From Eledone cirrhosa (taxonomy: Eukaryota), in the NCBI GenBank assembly GCA_964016885.1, contig OZ024743.1, positions 126,914,001 to 126,978,000 of the forward strand: DNA of 64,000 nucleotides, read 5' to 3'. Shown here piece by piece: positions 37,236 through 48,581 of the stretch. Position numbers and translations under genes: made by a program. The notes under the pieces were generated by a model, which worked only from the letters and a program-made list of their open reading frames with translations, searched no databases and had not been told where the DNA came from. Numbering within the stretch: the first letter of the stretch is position 1; each line of letters begins with the position of its first letter.

Positions 37236-37649
37236 TATTATATAAATTAATGATCTTATTTATATATTATTTACAATTTGCATGTAGGTAGGTCTCTCTG
37301 GGAATAGGGAGGTGCTGAAGAAGATACGTGGTCATGAGGGAGGCAGTGGTCCAAAAACTCTGCCCTACACTGTCTCTGTTCAATCTCCAAACACTGTAGC
37401 CTTTACTTTTAGTGTCACAGTGCTTGAACATAGTCCTATTTTTACAAGTTATCAGTAACTATTTGGGAGTGTTACAAAGGTCACAGAAACTATTTAATCC
37501 ACCAAATACTGTTTCCCCCCACCCAGCACCCTAACAGATAAGATGTTGATTTCTAAGACTGACACAAAACCACATATTTTAAAAGAAAGTCAATTTACTT
37601 GATCCTACACTCCAGTATTTTAATATATTAACAGCACAGCAATTTTAAA

Positions 37650-37828
37650 TACAAATAAAATTCCATTATAACGAATTTTTCAGTATAACAAAATTATTTT
37701 CAATCCCCGAGGTAATAACAAACAAACGCTTGATTTGTTTTGGTTGATCTCGTTATAAAGAATTTTTCATTACAACAAATTTTTTTTTTTATACCCCATG
37801 AATTTTGTTATATCGGAATTTCACTGTA
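37650..37828. mobile_element. Tigger/pogo-like MITE
   Basis: Imperfect TIRs AAATTCCATTATAAC ... GTTATATCGGAATTTCACTG followed by TA. Confidence 0.45.
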
Positions 37829-38964
37829 CTAGAATTTTTTTCAACACACTGATGTGTATGTGCATATGCATACATTTATATGTATGAGACATACATTCAC
37901 ACAAATACATATACATTCACACAAACACATATATACATTCACACAAGCACACATACATTTACAAAAACACACAACGTAGCAATGGAATGCCAACTGCTGT
38001 TTTGCTATAGTTTTTTCACCATCCCCTTCCTTTCTTTTATACACACAAACACATTGCGTGACGGATGGATTGAAGTTGCTCAAATTCATATATAGATTAT
38101 TTTAATATATTAACAACACAGCAATTTTAAATAAGAGTGGAGTCAAAAGAGAAGCAAAAATTACAATGAAGAAAACAATGGGCCTCTATTGATTTCAATG
38201 ATAAGCGTTCTAGTTGTTTGTCTGGCTTGTGAATTAACATGGAAGGTATGTGCATTCTTTAACATAATCCTCATGCCAAATCAGCAACACAATATGTGAT
38301 AAAGCTGAACCTTTGAATTACAGGTACAATCCATTAGACAGGCTTCCACACAGTTTCTGCCTACCCAAGTATGGAGCCCAGGATTTCATAATTACTAAAC
38401 TTCTTAACCAGCTTGCAATAGCTGTGTCTGAGAAAATATTTACAAAAATAAATAAGAGTGAGGTAAATATTGAGGTTTATGAAGATTTGATTGATAAACT
38501 AACGGAAACATACAGGAATCTGTGAAGGAAACGTTAAAGTTATTTTTAACCTTTTTGATAATACCAAACTACCTGAAACTGCTCCTGGTTTTATGATACA
38601 AAACTGTCTTAAAGTGTTTATATATATCTAAAAACCTTCCATAATAATTTTATGTAAGAACTTTATGTTATGTTACAAATACCAATAATGATAAAGATAC
38701 TTGTATTACTAAATCCCTTCAAACAATTAATTAGTTTCAAAATTATAAGGGAGAGTGGTAACGAAAGGCTTAAAGTGTTTATTATCATCATCATCATTTC
38801 CGTTTAACGTCAATTTTTCCACGCTTGCATGGATTAGACGGGTCATAAGTCTGGCCAGGGTTGGCCATGTGTCACACCTTGCTCCAATAGGGACTGTAAA
38901 TTTAGCTGGCTATTTTACAGCTGGATGCTCTTCCTAACACCAACCCACATTTACAGTGTGGAAC

Positions 38965-39550
38965 TGGATGGCTCTGTTATGAGGAGGGAAAGGCCAGTTG
39001 GCAGTGCCGAACTTGTCTCACAACAGAACCATGTTTTGGAGCCCAACCCATCACCCAGTGGAACCATAGTTTGGGAGCCTGGTACCGGATGGCACCAATA
39101 CGAAGAGCCTAACCCATCTTACAGCGCATCCACAGTTTGGGGGCCCGGCTATGAGGAGGGGTGGCCAGTCAGCCGCACAAAACCTATCACACAACGTTAC
39201 CAGTTTCAGAGCCCAGTAATGGATGACACCGCTATGAAGAGGGACAAGTGCAAAACCATAGTTTGGGAGCCTGGTATTGAAGGGACCAGTGATACCACTA
39301 TGGGGAGGGACAGGCCAGTTGGCCAGACCAAGCCCTTCTCACAAGCAACACCCCAGTTTCAGAGCCAAGCACTCTCCATGCGACAGACACTTCTCTATAC
39401 AAAACCAGACTCTGGCAGCCTGGGACTGGATGGCACCACTATGAGGAGGGACAGGCCAGTTGGCTGTGCCGAACCCATCTCACAGCGGAACCACGGTTTC
39501 AGAGCCTGGCACAGGTGACACCACGATGAAAAGGGACAGTCCAGTTGGTT
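38965..39550. repeat. degenerate ~65-85-bp minisatellite attached to an RTE 3' tail
   Basis: Recurrent CTATGAGGAGGGACAGGCCAGTTGGC / GAACCCATCTCACAG / GTTTGGGAGCC motifs directly after a minus-strand RTE tail (38783-38960). Confidence 0.75.
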
Positions 39551-40933
39551 TATATTTATCTAAAAACCATCATAATCTTATGTAAGAACCTTTGTTAAGT
39601 TATGTTCCTAACATCGGAAAAATAACAAGCAAGTTAGTTATATTACTAAAATGGTTGAAAAATCATAGACAGTGTCTTTCATTAGAAATATGGTAATAAA
39701 AGGTTTAATGAAGGTATGAAACAATCAAATCAAGAAATTCTGAAAGTACTTTTTGCTGAATAAGAAATCAAATATGATGGCTGCAACCTAATGATATCTG
39801 TCGCAGTAATTATTGTATCAGTAATTGATGTAGGTTCAGTTGTTATGCTGAGTGTTTTGGGTATAGATCTAAGGGACGTGATTGGATTTATACTTTTTTT
39901 TTTACTTAATGCCTAGTATGTTATGTATCTGCCTGTTATCCCACTACACCTCATGTACATCATATAGAGTTTATGCCTACTCCTTTTCTATCAAGCAAGG
40001 CCACTTCCCTGGTGAGATTAATACCCTATCTCCTTTCCTACTTATTAACATGTTAGTTAGTTAGGATGTTTCATGTTTATAGAGAACATTTTTTTTGTTG
40101 GAATCACCTCATGTCAATTGCACCCTGAATCCATTTTATATGAAAGCCAGACAGGTGAAAATACAAGGAGATATGAATATAGTTAAGGGTTTGCACAGGT
40201 GCTTTTTGAATGCTATGCCAAATATTTTCTCCAGCATTTATTCATCACAGCCAGGTTGCATTTTTTGTCTGTTTTCAACTGTGTACATGCAAGAGAGATT
40301 TCTACCATTTATAGAATCCTAAATGAAAAAGAAATGAACCATAAACTTAAGTTCTTCAGTATCGTAGACGAGATAACTCGCCCTAACATGTTTGAACTCG
40401 TTTATAACTTCAAAGCTAGATGGGGTTACCAGTTTATTGATGTTTGTCAATCATTCAGATATGTGTTGTTAATAAATGTTTGTTTAAAAAAAATAGTCAT
40501 TTTACTGAAAAAAAAAAAATGGCACTGCAAATTAGCTGTGTGAAATATATGCAGCAGTCAACAGGTTAAACTGAGTATCCAAAAATAATTTTACATCGGT
40601 GATTTATTTTCATTGTTCATACAAAGAAGCATTTGATATTTGTTTCGATAATTCCGCATGATTATGAGTTAACTATAAGGTTGTAATGTAAGTTTCAGTG
40701 CTGACTTTGTTGGCAAGTAGTAAACACGCTGGTTTTCATCAAGGCCATTTGGCTTCTTGAGAGAAAGCCCAAGGGGCAGTTACCATTCCTGTAGTTGCTC
40801 CTTTCTAGAGCATCACCTTTTTCCTTGTAGCAATTGATGATTAGGTTGCTACACCAGTCATTGGGTATGGCCTCATGCTGTATTATCTGATTGCTGTATG
40901 TATATATGTGTGTGTGTATATATATATATATAT

Positions 40934-43900
40934 ATCATCATCATTTTACGTCCGCTTTTCCCTGCTTACAAGGGTTGGATGAGTCCTATTCAACACAGCA
41001 TCTCTCCACTTGTCACGGTCCTTTGTCATCTCCTCTGTGAGTTACAGCGATCTGAGGTCTGCTCTCACCACCTCCGCTCATGTTTTTCGTGGTCTACTTC
41101 TACTGTGTGTTCCTTCTACTGGGATTTCTTGACACTTCTTTACCCAGCGGTCATCCTCCATACGCATCACATGTCCTTATCATCTCAGACTTCTCTCCTG
41201 CACACCACAACTTATTCCACTTATACCCAGTTTCTTTCTCAACTCGTCTATGCTTGGTCGTTCACGCACACTGACATTGCACATCCAACGGAGCATGCTT
41301 GCTTCATTTCTCTGCAATCGTCGCATATCAGCTGCAGTTGCTGCCCATGTCTCACTACCATGCAGCATCGCGCATCTCACACAGGCATCATATAACCGTC
41401 CTTTCGTACGCAGGGAGAAACCCTTCTTTGTCAACAGAGGAAGCAGCTCCCTAAACTTCTTCCAACCCGTCCTTCTTCTAGATACTATGGCCTCGGAACA
41501 CCCCCCTCTATGCTAATCTGATCACCTAGGTATCGGAAGCTATCAACCACTTCTATAGAACTCACCTGCATTGGAAAAATGTGTCTATCACTGCGATTAC
41601 TACTGCCAACTTTCCCTATACATCTACTGCATATGTAGTTTTCCATACCTGTTAGTTTGCCTGCTATACCACTACATCTCTTGTGTACCCAAGATCTGCA
41701 TTGCGTACATTTTATAGAATTTATGCCAGTTCCTTTCCTACGTATCGAACATGGCCATTTCCCTGATGGAATCAGAGTATTGTCTTCTCTTTTCTCTTCT
41801 ACTTATCAACACTTTTGTCTTAGCTATGTTCACTCTCAGTCCCCTTGCTTCCAACTGCTGTTTCCATAGCCAGAATTTATTCTCTAGCTCCTCTACTGAA
41901 TCTGCTATAAGAACCTGATCATCAGCATAGAGAAGTTCCCATGAGCATCCAGTCTTAAACTCCTGTTATGGCTTGGAGGACTATAATGAACAAGAGTGGG
42001 CTGAGGACCAAACCCTGATGTACACCTACTTGTATCTGGAATTCCTCACTAAACTCCATTCCTACTCTCACTTTACTGACAACACCCCTGTACATAGCTT
42101 GCACTGTCCTCACAAGCCATTCCTCAAAACCTAGTTTCCTTAGGGACCACCAGATGACAGATTGGGGTACTCTATCAAATGCCTTCTCTAGGTCAACAAA
42201 AGTTAAGTATAGTGGCTTATTCTTCTCTAAGAACCTCTCTTGTAGTTAGTTGCCTTACTAAGAAGAGGGCATCTGTTGTACTTTTCCCAGGCACAAAACC
42301 AAACTGCATCTCATCTAATTTGACCCTTTCTCTAATCAGTTGCGCTAATATTCTCTCTGCCACTTTCATAACCTGATCCATCAGTTTTATACCCCTATAA
42401 TTGCTCCCCTCCAGAGCATCCCCTTTACCTTTGTAGCAATTTATGAGAATACTGTTGCTGCACCAGTCTTTGGGTATGACACAACCATATATAGCCTGAT
42501 TGATGATGCGTGCAACCAGTTTAGTGCCTACTTCTTCTGATGCCTTCAACATCTCAGCAACTATTCCCGACGGTCCAGCAGTCTTACCATTCTTCATTTC
42601 CTTAACTGCCTCTTATACCCTATATTCGTCAATCTCAATAGCTGGTCCCTCTGTCGGGTCTACTGGGGGTAATTTCTCTCTCTCCCATTCATTCTCCACA
42701 TTCATCAGTCTCTCATAATGACATTTCCAGGCCTCCTTTTTTTGATCATTCGTGACACTAAGTACACCGGCATCATTCTGGACACACTTATCTCCAACAA
42801 CATCCTGATTTGCATTGACACACTGCCTTGCAATGCGCAACACCGCACGTCTCTGATCTTCCCGTCGCAGAACATTGATAAACCTCCTACTCTCAGCCTC
42901 CCTGTGTGCTAAGTACACCTGACGTCTCGCTTCTCTGTTAGCGGCTGCGAATCCTTCTCTACTCCCACCATTTTTCCAAGCCTTCTATGCCAGTCTTTTG
43001 TCTCTAATGGCCCTATCTACCGTGTTGTTCCACCACCAGGTCACTCTGTCTGGTTGAAGCTCTGCCCCAACCACAAGTTTCTTCAGTAGCCTGCAGTAAG
43101 TTGTCACGTAAGAAATTCCAGTTATCATCTATGTCATACAACTCTAAATCGTCTTCTTTTTCGTCATACACATCTTGAGGGACTTTGCTAAATGTATATT
43201 TTAATGAAAGGTCTTTTAGCTTCCAGACCCTTCTTTTCCACACCTTCCTGTATGTCTCATTCTTTCTCTTGCTTATTGAGATGTCACTAATGACTAACCT
43301 ATGCTGTGGGGTACATTCTTCCCTGGGGGATGCCTTAGTATTTGACACCATCTGTCTGTCTCGCTGTCTAACTAGCAGGAAGTCAATCTGGCTTATGTGC
43401 TCACCAGATTTGTAGGTTATTAGGTGGTTGGTAGGCTTCTGGAAGTTAGTGCATTTGCATCACAAAATTCATGAAGCCTCACTCCTTCATTTCTTGAGCC
43501 GTAACCGTGCCCACCATGTACCCCAGTGTATCCATCCTGGAGCTGTCCAACATGACCATTGAAGTCCCCTGCTAGCATAACGATGTCTCCGCCCTCTGTC
43601 ATTGAGGCTGTTTGTAAAAGCAGTCTTTCTCTTTTTTACCTAGGCCTGCCTGGGGAGCATAGGCAGAGATTATTGTCAGTAGTCTCTTGCCTACAACTAA
43701 TCTAAGCTTAATTATTCTATTACTAACTACCTCTATTGTCTTATTGATCCATCTCTCAGCCAGTAATATGCCCAGCCCACCTAACCCATCACCATTACCC
43801 ACCCAGAAAAGCTTATAACTACGATGTTTGCCTGCGATTAGTCTTGCAGAGGCACCTCTCCATCTCACCTCTTGCACACAGCACGCATCCACATGCCTTC

Positions 43901-44130
43901 TCTCCAGCATCTCCGTTATCTCACCAGACCTACCTGTTAGAGTGCCAACATTAAGATGCGACGTCTCATTCTTTTTCCTGTTGAGCAATTGCTTGATGAC
44001 GGTCATGGGGTTCTCACACATGGCCTCACTAGCCACCCCACTACCGTGCGCAGCCCTAACATGGTTAGTGTTATTGCTGTTTACGCAGTTGTTGCAAATC
44101 TCATTCGTTATGCTCATATTTTTTGCCAGT
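40934..44130 (-). mobile_element. near full-length decayed RTE LINE (APE endonuclease, RT, PHD)
   Basis: LNVGTL, CVQEVRW, ISAYAPQ, AGDFNGHVG, GKTAGPSG, NYRGIKL, QFGFVPG and PWELLYADD; frameshifted; (GAT)n tail. Confidence 0.92.
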
Positions 44131-44389
44131 AGTATATATACTGGTTGGATGCCCTTCCTAACACCAGCATATATATATATATAAGGGACAATGTATTTTA
44201 TAGAAACACTATGAAAACATTTTGCTATTTGCTTGCAGCAACTTAACCTTTAGCATTTAAGCCGGCCATATCCAGCCATATCTCACCTCTTTCTGTTCAA
44301 ACCAGCCACTCACACTGATGTTAAGGTATTGTTCTCAAAATAAATAATATCAAAATCTCATAGATTTGATATTTTGTGAGATAAAGCCT

Positions 44390-46323
44390 TGAAATCAGAG
44401 ATATGAAGATGGGGAAGGCAACCGGTCCATCGGGTATAGCTGCCGAGATGCTGAAGGCATCTGGGTCTGTAGGTCACACTATAACCACACGTATTGTTAA
44501 CCAGGTAATACTAGAAGGGGCCATACCAAAAGATTGGTGCAGTAGCATCATTGTCAACTGCTACAAAGGTAAAGGCGATGCACTAGATAGAGGAAACTAT
44601 AGAGGTATAAAGTTGATGGACCAGGTCATGAAAGTAACAGAAAGAGTTATAGCACAGCTGATTAGGGACCGGGTGAATATAGACGAGATGCAATTTGGGT
44701 TTGTACCAGGGAGAGGCACCACTGATGCCCTCTTCCTTGTGAGGCAATTACAGGAAAAGTACCTAGCTAAAAGTAAGCCACTCTACTTGGCATTTGTCGA
44801 CCTTGAGAAAGCCTTTGACAGAGTTCCACGTGCAGTAATCTGGTGGGCTCTTAGAAAACTAGAAGTAGATGAATGGCTTGTGAAAGCGGTACAAGCCATG
44901 TATAGGGGAGCAGTCAGCAAAGTTAGGATTAGCAATGAGTATAGCGAGGAATTTAGCGTACAGGTTGGGGTCCACCAGGGCTCTGTTCTTAGCCCTCTCC
45001 TGTTCATCATAGTCCTGCAGGCAATAACGGAGGAGTTTAAGACCGGATGCCCATGGGAACTCCTGTATGCTGATGACCTCGCACTCATAGCTGAATCTAT
45101 GGTAGAACTAGAGAATAAATTCCAAACCTGGAAGCAGGGACTAGAGAGAAAGGGCCTCAAAGTCAACATGACAAAGACTAAGGTCCTTGTAAGTAGACGA
45201 GAAAACAGAACCCAGATCCCCTCAGGGAAATGGCCTTGCTCAGTATGTAGGAAAGGTGTAGGTAGGAACTCCATTCTCTGCCCCAAATGCAAACAATGGG
45301 TACACAAGAGATGTAGCGGGATCTCAGGAAGCTTAATTAAGAATGTAGGATTCACATGCAGCAGCTGTGCTGAAACAGCAAGCAAACAGCCACAGGAAAC
45401 AAGTACCACCAATCTCTGGGAGGGCCCTGTAGAAACAGTAGACAGCTTCTGCTACCTAGGTGACTGAATTAGCAACGGAGGTGGGTGCTCAGAAAGTACA
45501 ATAACTAGGGTAAGAACGGGATGGAAGAAGTTTAGGGAACTACTACCACTGCTAGCTGCAAAAGGCTTCTCCCTCAGAATGAAAGGCAGACTGTATGATG
45601 CGTGTATCCGAACAGCGATGTTGCATGGTAGTGAGACCTGGGCGCTGAAGGTGGAAGACTTACGTAGATTAGAGAGAAACGAAGCCTGCATGCTCCGATG
45701 GATGTGTAACAGTAATATACGTGAACGACAAAGCATAAAGGAATTGAGAGAGAGACTGAGCATAAGAGGAATTAAATGCTGCGTGCAGGAGAGGCGGTTA
45801 CGCTGGTATGGACATGTGATGCGTATGAAGGATGACAGCTGCATAAAAAGGTGCAGAGCACTAGAAGTTGATGGAAACCGCGGAGTGGGGAGACCCAAGA
45901 TGACTTGGGATGAAGTGATAAAAGCCGACCTTACCCAACTACACCTCTCAAAGACAATGACACACGACCGTGACTTCTGGCATCACGCAGTAATACAGGG
46001 TACCCGACCTCCCATGGGTACATGCTGAAGCATATAAACAATATGCCCCCACCGCAAGGTGGTCGTGGAGGTGCTACGGCAAAAAAAGCACCCAGCCCAC
46101 ACTGTAAAGTGGACGTGTAGGCGCCACGAAAAAGCACCCAGCACTCACTGTAAATGAGGTTGGTGTTAGGAAGGGCATCCAGCTGTAGAAATCAAGCCAG
46201 ATCAGTTCCTGTATGAGCAAGGCATGGTCAGCCGACCAGACACTGCCCACAACAGGACAACCCGTCTAACCCATGCTAGCGTGGAAGAACGGACGTAAAA
46301 CGGTGATGATGATGATGATGATG
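44390..46323 (+). mobile_element. young 5'-truncated RTE LINE
   Basis: ORFs 44403-45467 and 45579-46028 are in one frame separated by a single TGA. Complete RT (LLYADD), PHD finger, 3' UTR and (GAT)n tail. Inserted in a piggyBac MITE. Confidence 0.95.
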
Positions 46324-47017
46324 AAAATGCAATAGTAAATATTGAATAATGTGAATGCTAAAAGGTTAAACATGTACATACATGCTCTAATCTGTATTAT
46401 CTGGAAGTAATTTGAAGCAATAAATTAAAATTTACAGCATTTTAAAAGCAACATCTAATTCATGGTAAAACTTGGTTGGAAAAAAAGGACATTGTTAAAG
46501 CTTAGAGAATTGTTTATGGAGATACTTCCTTTTAAACAAAATATCAATTTACAAATAGATAACTCGTTTCAAAGGAGGATGAGACATAGTTGTATATGAT
46601 GAACAAACAGGCAGGCCATCAACATCAGTTTGTGAAGAAAAAGAAAAGAAAAAAAATCAAAGTTGTTTGAGATATAATTGATTGAGACAGACGATTAACA
46701 GCAGAAAAATAGCTCACACTCTAGACATCTCAACTGGTTCAGTCTCACAATTTTATGTGATAAATTAAAGCTGCACAAACTTTCTGCCTGCTGGGTGCTA
46801 AATCAGAGCTTTCTTTAGAAATTTTAAACAAATGGGATCATCCAACCATCTCAAACAGGTGGCAAAAAAGGCAGTGCTTGAATTTGAACAGTGCATAGTA
46901 ACCAGCTCTAATAGCAAAGTGTTCTGGAAATATGTACATTCAAAGCAGAGACCTCTCTCCAGTTGGTCCTCTTCACAATCCCCACATAAACCAGATTACT
47001 GACAATGCCAAAGAATG

Positions 47018-48581
47018 TTTAGAAGGTTAGTATCAGTGTATATATTATTAAAAAGAACAATAATGGCTGGTGCATATTTGTACAATGGTTTTACTTCACA
47101 GAAGTCAAGAATCATTCACAGTAGTCAATAATAACAATAGAAATATTTTTACATGTCGTGATGGAGGCACATGGCTTAGTGGTTAGAGCATTGGCCTTGC
47201 AATCGAAAGGTTGTGAGTTCAATTCTCAGACTAGGTGATGTGTTGTTTCCTTGAGCAAGACACTTTATTTCACATTGCTCCAGTTCACTCAGCTGTAGAA
47301 ATGAGATGATAGGGACTGGGGTCCATATCATTCCACTGCAAAGTGGTCGTGGAGGTGCCATGGCAAAAAAAAACACCCAGCACTCACTGTAAATGAGGTT
47401 GGTGTTAGGAAGGGCATCCAGCTGTAGAAATCAAGCCAGTATCAGTTCCCGTCCCACCCTTGCAAGCAGGGAAAAGTGGACGTAAAATGATGATGATGAT
47501 GATGATGATGGTGAGTTGGTCTCAACTCCCAGACTGGAGCGTGTAGAGAAGAGAGAGAGAAGACAGGAGTCATCTCTTCATAAGACAGGATTCATCTCTA
47601 GGGAGAGAAAGCAGGAAACATCTCTTCATAAGGTTGAAGTGGTCCTTTCAGCTGCGGCGTAGGACGTGAGAGAGTGAATTGCCCCAAGCTCCCAAATATA
47701 TAGTCCCCATGGGGACGTAACTCCATTTAGTTTGTGGATGTACCACTAGGGATCACGACTGTCACAAAGGGACACTTAGTTCATGGATGTGACACTAGGT
47801 GTCAAGACCGTCGCAACTCTTATCCGTTCTGAGTTCCAGCCATAAGGGGTCGCTACAGTACCCTCCTCCAGACGATACGCAAAAAGCCCGAAAGTAATTG
47901 TAGCGAACCCACAACTTGGTAACCAACAGGTGACCCCTTGTCCGTGTCTATTTTCATTGGTTCAACGAGGTTAAAGGACGCCAGGGAGGCATCTGACAAC
48001 TTCCAATCAAACTTGAGAGATGAAAAATTTTCAAATTTATGTCCTTGGTTATCAGTGACTGTTAATAGGACTGTCAGATCTTGTTTGCAGGGTAAAAATA
48101 TTTCTATTATTATTGACTACTGTGAAGTAAAACCATTGTACAAACATGCACCAGCCATTATTTTTCCATTTAATAATATATACACTCATACTAACCTTCT
48201 AAATTGGTGACCCCGACGTGATGGTGAGTTGGTCTCAACTCCCAGACTGGAGCGTGTAGAGAAGAGAGAGAGAAGACAGGAGTCATCTCTTCATAAGACA
48301 GGATTCATCTCTAGGGAGAGAAAGCAGGAAACATCTCTTCATAAGGTTGAAGTGGTCCTTTCAGCTGCGGCGTAGGACGTGAGAGAGTGAATTGCCCCAA
48401 GATCCCAAATATATAGTCCCTATGGGGACGTAACTCCATTTAGTTCATGGATGTACCACTAGGGGTCACGACCATCACAAAGGGACACTTAGTTCATGGA
48501 TGTGATACTAGGGGTCACGGCCGTCGCAAAGGGATTTAACTCTTATCCATTCTGAGTTCCAGCCGTAAGAGGGTCGCTACA
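47018..48581 (-). mobile_element. rearranged non-coding LTR (Gypsy-type/TRIM-like) element with 4-bp TSD
   Basis: AATG TSD at 47014-47017 and 48582-48585. Direct repeats 47506-47857 and 48219-48581 start TGTAGCG on the minus strand. PPT GGAGGAGGG is on minus (47869-47861); tRNA-Trp PBS TGGTGACCCCGACGTGAT is on plus (48205-48222). Confidence 0.75.
47166..47505 (+). mobile_element. tRNA-headed SINE joined to an RTE 3' tail
   Basis: A box TGGCTTAGTGG, B box GAGTTCAATTC; the 3' part matches 46050-46323 and ends in (GAT)n. Confidence 0.7.

Larger units (their letters stand above)
35126..37362. mobile_element. hAT-type non-autonomous element with 8-bp TSD, hosting two Helitrons
   Basis: TCCTACAC (35118-35125) CAGAGG... 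...CTCTG CCCTACAC (37363-37370). Confidence 0.65.
33449..40569. mobile_element. pair of ~250-bp inverted termini with TTAA ends (piggyBac-like)
   Basis: TTAA(C/T)CTGTTGACTGC... at 33449 (and 19670) is the reverse complement of 40340-40569, which ends GCAGTCAACAGGTTAA. Confidence 0.55.

Noticed and set aside
36550-38095. YI/HT/CV-rich ORFs here and elsewhere in the track
   Set aside because: They are translations of (TA)n and (CA)n microsatellites.
45465-45467. In-frame TGA in the RTE ORF as selenocysteine or readthrough
   Set aside because: Related copies have CAG here; a simple nonsense mutation is sufficient and I see no SECIS.
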